This document shows positions 54,429-64,000 of a stretch of 64,000 nt of DNA, piece by piece (position 1 is the first letter of the stretch; each line of letters opens with the position of its first letter). Source of the stretch: Octopus vulgaris (taxonomy: Eukaryota); the NCBI GenBank assembly GCA_951406725.2, contig OX597820.1, forward strand, positions 103,974,001 to 104,038,000. Direction: 5' to 3'. The position numbers and the translations under genes are program-made. The notes under the pieces were generated by a model. It was not told the DNA's origin. It was given only the letters and a program-made list of their open reading frames with translations, and did not search any database.

Positions 54429-54926
54429 AGGGGTCACCAAACTTTTCCACGGCGAGCCAAATAACAGAGAATGACGAACGGGGGCTGCATAACCATTTTG
54501 TTCAATACAATACAGTGTATACACAAAAAAATAAAGACGACCAGTATATCTATTTACCAACAAGTTATGAAAGAAGACGATGTTAGCAATAAGATAGTGA
54601 TATCTCACCCAGTGCGCACATATCTGAATCTCACAAACTAAGGAGCCAAAAAGGGTTAGTGAGATTTCTAAAACTGGTGTTTAACTTTTAAGATCTAATC
54701 AATATTTGCTTTGGAATTCAACCTCATCAGTCAACCGTGTTCGATGTGCTGACTTCACGTGCTTCATTTTTGAAAATGTTTGCTCACAGACATAAGTTGT
54801 TCCGAGAACTGATGCCATACCAGAGGTGAATGAACTCTCATTGCAGGTACTTACATAAAATGCACAGTGCGGCGGTGGACCGGATGAACTGACCTCGCGG
54901 GCCGTACTTTGGGTGGCCCCCGCCTG
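54429..54926 (-). mobile_element. Internally deleted hAT transposon
   Basis: GTTYVCEQTFSKMKHVKSAHRTRLTD is a hAT dimerisation motif. The terminus resembles AGGGGTCACCAAACT. Confidence 0.75.
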
Positions 54927-54987
54927 CTTTAGAGAAAGAGTCAGACGAGTACGAAGTGTTACATATATACATACATACATATATATA

Positions 54988-55018
<31 letters not shown>

Positions 55019-55149
55019 AAGTGTGTATGTATGTGTGTGTATATATGTGTGTGTGTGTGTATGTATATATATACATATATATATATGCGTCTGCATAACG
55101 GCCTACTAGCAAATCTACCTGTGTATGTATAAACTGTGAGTATTGGGGT

Positions 55150-55680
55150 ATCACTACCTTCTACGTATATCTCCTAATTCGTACTGGGGATGTTTCATTT
55201 ATGAGGACGTACGCCTGTATTTGTCTGAGTGTTGGGTCCTTCGGGTGCTTGAATAAAATGCAGATGTCAAGTCGACCCAGTGTGCCTCCATGCTGGCCTT
55301 TAGCATTTTGGTAGAGTAGGGAGGACTGTTTTTGTCATCATATTGTCTCAAATTTTTCATTTAGTCTCTCCACAATGCTTCTAGATGTCTTACCAATGTA
55401 TTTCATGTTCTTGTCTTTACAAGCAGCCTCTACGCACCTTATGCTGTAGACTACATTTCTAGTTCAACAGTTAATGCCAGGGTTAATCATATATACCATG
55501 CAGTTCTCATTGGTGCATATGGTATTCTCAAAGGGATACATCTTACATAATTGTGAACTGATGGAGCCCCCTGGCTTTTCAACGATGTTAGTGTTGAGTT
55601 TGGACTCCTTCAGAGCTTTCCTAAATCTTCGGGCTAGTTCTCTATGGGCTGTGACCTCTATAAACATCACCCCTTGATAT
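55150..55680 (-). pseudogene. Decayed PLE linker plus GIY-YIG fragment
   Basis: IVEKPG...C...C...NC*TRNVVYSIRC...YIGKTSRS, related to the 13.5-14.2 kb family. Confidence 0.8.
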
Positions 55681-55963
55681 TTGTTGGCCTTGCACCATGT
55701 GTTCACACACATACACACACACACACACATACACACACACACACATACACATGCACACACACACACACGCGTACATACATACATACATACATACACACAT
55801 ATACATACTGTAAGAAGTAACAAAAATTTCAGAAATAAATAAATAAAAGAGTGGAAATCGAACCAGTGAGTGTGTAAATTAATAAGGCATTAAAACAGAA
55901 TGACTTTCCCCAGACACAATTATATATATATATATATATATATAATTGTATCTGGGGAAAGTC

Positions 55964-56004
<41 letters not shown>

Positions 56005-56020
56005 GTATCTGGGGAAAGTC

Positions 56021-56075
<55 letters not shown>

Positions 56076-56100
56076 GTATGTATGTATGTATGTATGTATG

Positions 56101-56150
<50 letters not shown>

Positions 56151-58004
56151 CTCACACATGCAGGGTTATTTAAAAAAAATGAACTGATTTCATTATGCAA
56201 TATTTTAATTAGGAAAAGCAATAAAAAACTCCCGCTAAGTCACAAGTATTTACTCACAATCAACTTTTATATGTTCTGTCTTATTAGTGTTCAATGTGGC
56301 CACCACCTGCAACACGGGCAACATCAATGCGATAAGAGAATTCTACCAGACTGTTTTTATTTGTATTGTTTTTTCTGTCTTGTTTTATTTTTACTGCCCT
56401 GTTCTTGTTACCACTTTTACCCCTCCGCAAAAAATTCCAAATTTTATTTAATTTGCTTTGCGGGAAGGACTGTTTCAACGGAGTCGCATCTTGTCCTTAC
56501 CTTCGAACGCAGAGTAGACGAAACAGGGACAACTGAAGAAGGGGAATATTCTTTGTGTTGTATGTCTTGTACTCTGTTTTTACGTTGTTTGAAAAAATGT
56601 TCGTTTCCATGTTTTTGTTTTTATGTTTTCGTTTCTCATTGTGATCAACGTTTTTTTGGTGTCCTGTACCCATATATGCATGTCTATATACATATAGATG
56701 TAAGTATGTACATATATGTATGTATACTTGCATATGTTTATATATTATTTATGTTGATAAAACAACGCTTCTCGTTGAGTGGAAAAGACTTCAGTGGTGT
56801 TTATTGCTCGTTACTGCTATTCAAGACAAAACAAAGACATAGAAGAAAGGCTTCTTTGAACTGAACTTCGACAGTTTATTCGAAAGTATAATCATGAGAA
56901 TCGATTTCAAATATTGTAACACTTCAGATTTTCTCCACAATTGTTCTCATATGATCAATGGGTGCTTTATCTGTAGCTATTTAAATAAAGATTTAAACCA
57001 GCATTCTACTAGCAGTGGGGATGAGGATGGAGGTCTTTTCTGTGCCAACGCTTATAAAGAATTATCAAACATTTATTAGCAGCACTCTTCAGTTAAAAAT
57101 TCATGCTATACTGTCTGAAGAATGACAACTGAGGGAGATGTACGAGACAGAAATTGTGTCATCGGAGATTTTGTGGACAGAAAACAATACTTTTGTAAAA
57201 TTTTGTAGTGTTTTTTTTTAATTTTGCGGAGGTAAACATAATGTCCTAATTGTCCTCAAATTTATTTTTCCATACACCATTTTCACATTTTGTCTTAAGA
57301 ATATTTAATGCGTATTATAATTCCTTTGAGTGGGCGTGGGGGAGGGGGAGAGGAGGATCCATATCAAAGATGCCCTTGGTAGCATAAACTCTAGGTACGA
57401 CATTGTGTACATATGTATGCGTATGCTTGTTTTTACTTTGAGTTTTCTTGAAGTTTTTAAGAGCGTCCAAGACGGTCACTAACAAAAATATAAGACTTTT
57501 TGAGTTAAGAATTTTTGTAAATACGTGGTTGAGTTGGTGTATTGGTTGAGCCATCAATACACACACCCAAGTAAGTGCATCTATTCATCTTAGGAATCTT
57601 AGATGGAGAATCTTTAGAACGTCTTAAAAATCTTCATTATAGCTCTAATAGATTGGATTTGGAGAATTCGCGTCAGTTTCTTTTGTTCTTTCTTCGAAAA
57701 ACCAAGAATTTCTAGGTTTTTACGTAAATTGCTGGGTTCATAGCCTTATACAGTGTTGATAATACGTACAACTGAGAATTTATAGTCTGGGTACAAGAGC
57801 TGTGAGTTTCATATATTAATTTACCATATATGTTCTCTTTTTCCTGGATTTTTGTTGTACATTCACAAGTATGTATGTATGTATGTATGTATGTATGTAT
57901 GTATGTATGTATGTATGTATGTATGTATGTATGCATACAGGTATATAGATACACACAAATAAGTGTGTGTATGTGAGTGTGTGTGTGCGTGTGTGTGTAT
58001 GTGC

Positions 58005-58064
<60 letters not shown>

Positions 58065-58077
58065 GTATATATATATG

Positions 58078-58149
<72 letters not shown>

Positions 58150-58152
<3 letters not shown>

Positions 58153-58530
58153 TTATATATAAAAGTGAAGTTATGTGTCTGTCTCCTACGATTTAGATTC
58201 CAAACTACTCCCACATTTTGCGGTGCAGTTTAACCAAAACCGGGTATCTTATAGTCGTGATTCATATCGATCCCTTCTGGGTATTAGCACGCGTCTACGA
58301 TGAGTCTACGATTTTTAAAAAATTTACCATCGTTTTTTTCCATTTTAATGCATTTTCGCTATTATATAAGGGAAGTAACTCTCTAAAAATGTCTACGATG
58401 AGTCAACGATTTAAAAAAAAATTTACCATCATTTTTTTTTCCATTTTTAATGCATTTTTTGCTATTTTTTTTGGCTATAACTCTCTAAAAATGCTTATAT
58501 AGTTATTTCCCTTACAAACCCGAGCAACGG
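58150..58530 (+). mobile_element. Helitron copy, 3'-truncated
   Basis: Colinear with 53119-53640 but with a different internal part. It ends within the hairpin. Confidence 0.8.
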
Positions 58531-58550
58531 TATATATATATATATATATA

Positions 58551-59071
58551 CCGTGAATCCTCGAGTATAATCCGCATTTATTTCCCAAAATTTAAAGATC
58601 AAAATCCCTAGTGCGTACTATATACGAGGTTAAAAATGAAAATTATTTTCTAAGCAATGTCCGAGTCTCTATTTGCTATCCGGCAATGTTTATTCAGACG
58701 CATTTTGTTATGTCGGGTGCGAAAATACCTTAAACTAAGCCTGAAAGCAATGAAGTCATAAAAGAATCATCCATAACTTGCAGTAAGCAACATTTATTAA
58801 ACGTTATTACTGTTATTACTGTTATTTCTTTATTTTCTGCAAACAAAATGCACAAAAAAGCTACACATTTGCATTATATTATATATACAATAATAATAAA
58901 GGACGTCACCGTATACATTTTTACAAACCAAAGACGTTATATAGACCTCCTTGACTCAAGTTAGAGAAGGGGTGCATATTATACACAAGGTTTAGGTTTT
59001 TCAGAGGTACAGCCCCATAAAAATCCCCTGCGTATTATACTCAAGGGCGGACTATACTCGTGGATTTACGG
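58551..59071. mobile_element. Tigger/pogo-like MITE
   Basis: TA|CCGTGAATCCTCGAGTATAATCCGC...GCGGACTATACTCGTGGATTTACGG|TA. Confidence 0.88.
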
Positions 59072-59649
59072 TATACATGTCTATCAATCTATCTCTCTCT
59101 TTCCCTACATCTCTCTCTATATAAATATGTGTGTGTGTGGGTGTGTGCGTGTGTATGTATGCATATAAATATTTATCAATGTATATGTATCTGTTTAGGA
59201 ACATACGTGTATATACACGTCTGTATTTATAGGTGCCGGTTCGTGTCCGGGTTTTTAACGCCTAAAATGAATACAGTTACTCGAATATCTAATTTTAAAT
59301 AGATATTGAAAATCCCCAGTTTTGTCGTTCAGACCTGTTTCCTTCCGGGCAATTCAAAAAATGAGTCAAGTACATTTTCATTAAAATGTGCAAGGAATAA
59401 AGAAATACAGTACGTATGTAAAATTTTGCCCTTACGTTTTAGCAAATTGCTTTACTTTCTGGATGAAATTCTTTTTTCTGATCGGTCATTTATTCCAAAG
59501 ATTATCGCAATGATCGATGCATACAAACGAAAATTACCGGTAAATTTCAGATAAATTATGACAAGGACCACCCAGCGCCACTCACGGGTTTGTGAATCAT
59601 TTAGTACTGGACCTCGCTGATAAAATAATTTTTTGAAATTTTGAGCTGG

Positions 59650-59694
<45 letters not shown>

Positions 59695-59714
59695 ATTATT
59701 ATTATTATTATTAT

Positions 59715-60910
59715 ATCTTACGTTCTGAGTTCAAATCCCACCGAGGTCGGCTTTGCCTTTCATCCTTTCGGGGTCGATAAATTAAGTACCAGGTGGGTAC
59801 TGGGGTCGATCTAATCAACTGGCCCCCTCCCCACAAAAAAATTTCGGGCCTTGTGCTTAGAGTAGAAAAGATTATTGTTACTATTGTCAAGACGGCGAGC
59901 TGGCAGAATCGTTAGCACACCGGACGAAATGCTTGGTGGTATTTCGCCCGTCGCTACGTTCTGAGTTCAAATTCCACTGAGGTCGAATTTGCCGTTCATT
60001 CTTTCGGAATCGATAAATTAAGTACCAGTGAAATTCTGGTATCGATGTAATCGAGTAGTTCCCTCTTCCAAAAATTCAGACCTTGTGTCTATAATAGAAA
60101 GGATTATTATTACTATTGTCAAGACAGCGAGCTAGCAGAATCATTAGCATGGTGGACGAAATGCCACGTTCTGAGTTCAAATTCCGCCGAGGTCGACTTT
60201 GCCTTTCATCCTTTCAGGGTCGATAAATTAAGTACCAGTTACGCACTAGGGGCGATGTAATCGACTTGATCCGTTTGTCTGTCCTTGTTTGTCCTCTCTG
60301 TGTTTAGCCCCTTGGGGGCAGTAAAGAAATAGGTATTTCGTCTGCCGCTACGTTCTGAGTTCAAATTCCGTCGAGGTCGACTTTGTCTTTCATCCTTTCG
60401 GGGTCGATTAAATAAGTACTAGTTACGCATTGGAGTCGATATAATCGACTTAATCTTTTTGTCTGTCCTTGTCTGTGCTCTCTGTGAGTAGCCCCTTGTG
60501 GACAGTAAAGAAATAAGAAACGTTAGCACACCGGGTAAAATGTTTAACGGTATTTCGTCTGTCTCTGCGTTCTGAGTTCAAATTCCGCCGAGGGCGACTT
60601 TGCCTTTCATCTTTTTGGAGTCGATAAACTCAGTACCAGTTGCGTACTGGAGTCGATCTAATCGACTGGCCCAAAAATTTTGGGCCTTGTGTCTAGAGTA
60701 GAAAAGAATAATCCTTTCTACTATAAGCACACGGCCTGTATTTTGAGGGGTGGGGGACAGTCGATCAAATTGACTCCAGTACTCAACTGGTACTTATTTT
60801 ATCAACCTCAAAAGGATAAGACAAAGCTGAGCTCGGCAGAATTTAAACTCACAAACAAATTGCCGCTAAGCATTTTGCCCGACATGCTAAATATTCTGCT
60901 AATTCACTTC
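59715..60910 (+). mobile_element. Cluster of at least five Meta-like SINE units plus an inverted copy
   Basis: Repeated heads and cores, with junctions at 60331/60332 and about 60514. Confidence 0.85.
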
Positions 60911-62738
60911 CCTAAATGGAGAGAATATTTATTTACATAAAGCCAGAAATATTTTTGATCACCACCCCCACTGCTTCATGACTTGGTCTTGGTTTGTTTA
61001 CGTTCCCGTTACTTCACGGTTTCTGCCAAAAACAAAAAGACAGATATAATAAGTAGAAAATTGAATAAGTACTCGGGTTGATTTCACTGACGAATCCCTT
61101 CAAGGTGGTGCCCCAGCTTGACCGCAGTTCAAAGACTGAAAGAAGTAAAAGAATATAAAAAAGTAATTACAGAATATTTTTTCACGAAACGGCGAAAGTG
61201 AAAGCTGATAAATCATTGGAAATAACTTGTCAGAAATGTAAATGAAAACTAATTTTATGTAAGTGAAAACGGAACGCAATATTTCAGGGTCGCATAAATT
61301 TACAAGACTGAACAAGAAATACTGGATTTTTAGAGCCATCACTTTCTCATTAAATCAAGTTGCAACAGTAACCCCTTACATATAAATTCCCTACCCCAGA
61401 TAGTGGAATGTTGGTGACTCATAGGAAATTTAGATATGCAGTTTTGCTTCATTTTCTTCTTTCGTTCTTTCTTGCAAATGCGAAAGAAGACAAGGAAGTC
61501 AAACAAGTTCTGGGAATTTTGAACAGTTTATTATACTAATGTTGGCAGAACACTTAAAGCGTTAGTAGGATTTTTACCGGTTTTATTCTGTGAGTTCAAA
61601 TATCACCGTGGTCGATTTTGCCTTTCATCTATTGGGGTCGATAAAATATATACTAGTTGAAGATTGGGTCGCTGTAATCGACTATCCCTCTCCCGCTAAA
61701 ATTATTAGCCACGTTCAAAAATTTTAAAGCCACTTTTAGTGATCTATGAAGGTGGCGAACTAGCCAAACAGATCGTTGGACAAAATGTTTAACAGGTCAA
61801 CTTTTCCTTTCGGATTCGATAAAATACCGTAGCAGCTGTTGAGTGAAGCGGTCTTCGTCCCAGAGCTCGCAGTGGAAGAGTCTGAATCGTGGTCCTTTGC
61901 TATTCATAAGACCCGCAGAAGAGAAAGCAGGTCAACCCCCGACACCGAGAGCATCGACGGATGGATGAATGCGCATCCAGGCTCAACGGTTGCGTAGGAA
62001 GTCGGGGACAAGAAACAGAAAGAAAGAGTGAGAGAAAGTTGGGATGATAGAGTACAACAGGGGTCGCCACCACCCCCTGCCGGAGCCTCGTTGGAGCTTT
62101 AGGTGTTTTCGCTCAATAAACACACACAACGCCCGGTCTAGGAATCGAAACCGCGAGTCCGCTGCCCTAACTAACCACTGGGCCATTGCACCTCCACAGA
62201 TAGAAGCAAATAGGAAATAACAATTACCGACCAAAGGAAAAATTTTTTTTAAAATTTTGTTATCATCATCATTGACACCACGAATGTTGTTACTGTTGTT
62301 GTAGTTGAACGTGTTAAACTCCTGCTAGTCATCACACTTCCTCGTTTTCTTTTGCGGTGCAAAATAAGATAAAAATGAAATCAAACCCAAAATACCTAAA
62401 ATTCCCATTGAGTTACGATTACTCATCTCCTTCCTCCTAAAGCACCCGGGGTAAAAAAAAAAAAAAAAAAGATGTAAGGGATTGCTTTTTCACTTTGATT
62501 TAATGGAAAAGTGATAGTTTATCTTTTACTTGTTTCAGTCATTTGACTGCATACCATACTGGGACACTGCTTTGAGGAATTTTAGTCGAACAAACCCACC
62601 CGAGTACTTATTGTTCTTATTTTTAAGCCTGCTACTTATTCTATCGGTCTTTTATCCTAACCGCTAAGTTACGGGGCCGTAAACACATCAACACCGGTTG
62701 TAAAGACACACACACACACACAGATATTTACATATATA

Positions 62739-62797
<59 letters not shown>

Positions 62798-64000
62798 CTT
62801 CTTTCAGTTTCCGTCTACCAAATCCACTCACTTTGGTCGACCCGCGGCAATAACAGAAGAAAACACAAAGACGCGCGCGCATACACACACACATACATGG
62901 TCTTAAAAATTCGACTTTTACACCAGTATATACGGTGTAAATTACATAACAGAAGCATGGTGGTGTTGGTGGTGGTGGTGGTGGTGGAGCAACGGTCAAA
63001 AACTTTTCCTGGTTTTATGTGAATATTATTTTCTTCGTTTATTGCTGTTTAAAATAATTATCTTAATGACCTTTGTTTGTTTGAAATTCTTATTACCACG
63101 GCTTTACTATTACTAATGTTATCCTTCGTTTCATGTGAAACTAAAAGGAAAGCTAAAGCTTGCGAAATTAAAAGGAAAGTTTAAGGTTAATGAAAACTGA
63201 AAGCAGTACGTTGATTTTCCAGAATCACGTAAACCAGACATGGGCAACCTTTTCAAGAAGCGGGCTACATGAGACATGACTCATCATGAGGCGGGTCGCA
63301 TTACTAAAAAATTCAAAGTAATTTTTCATTAGTGTGCCATTCAGAAAGTCCTGTGGGCCGCTGTCTGCTCATGACTGGCCAAAACAATCACTGCGTAATT
63401 TCTCTTTCTTCGTCCTTTTCAAGCCTAGCCAGGCTCATAGGCCCGGTTTCCCGGTTTCTGTGGTGTATGTGTCCCTCCCAGCTGGACGGGACGCCAGTCC
63501 ATTGCAGCGTTACTCAAGAAACAGGAAGAGACGGTGAGAGAAAGTTGGGGTTAAAGAGCACAACAGGGGTCGCCACCACCCCTTGCCGGAGCCTCGTGGA
63601 GCTTTAGGTGTTTTCGCTCAATAAACACACACAACGCCCGGTCTGGGAATCGAAACCGCGATCCTCCGACTGCAAGTCCGCTGCCCTAACCACTGGGTCA
63701 TTGCGCCCCTACACTGCATAATTTACTGATATGATAAAACAGTTGTTCTATGAAAAACTGGGTTTTTAAGGTAAAAACAAAAAAAATCGTTCGTATTTGT
63801 ATCTGTTATGAATTTGTCATGTCAAATAAGGGATTGATTTCCTTTTGATTGTGTCAGGCGGTTTGATATTTTAAAAGAAGAGAATAATGGATTGTTTGAC
63901 ACAACGTAAATGTCAAATGGTTTCAATCAGAAATTTAACCTATGTTGGTGCACCTGGTATTTTATGCGACGCTCGCCACGTGTTACCTATAAAGGACAAT

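Noticed and set aside
56460-56560. GAAAC and CTGAAGA near each other (similar at about 17280-17330)
   Set aside because: The order and pairing fit no hammerhead topology that I could fold.

Overview
This is AT-rich, microsatellite-saturated eukaryotic DNA with no host gene I can support. Its SINE families and repeat landscape look like an octopus or other cephalopod genome (inference). Almost all listed short ORFs are microsatellite artefacts. The real content is mobile DNA. There is one near-intact Penelope-like element (PLE; RT plus GIY-YIG, 381-3850), several PLE relics, a decayed mariner, R4/Dong and RTE LINE fragments, Helitrons, MITEs and many tRNA-derived SINEs. Three signals stand out. 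(1) About 15 type I hammerhead ribozyme motifs sit in PLE terminal repeats and short fold-back elements, and their cores show three Watson-Crick versions of the 3-8 pair (C-G, U-A, G-C). (2) A T-TTT-TTA slippery heptamer joins an upstream open frame to the PLE pol frame by a -1 shift. (3) SINE multimers are repeatedly joined at the same nucleotide in the anticodon-like loop. All folds and alignments were made by eye, so boundaries are approximate.
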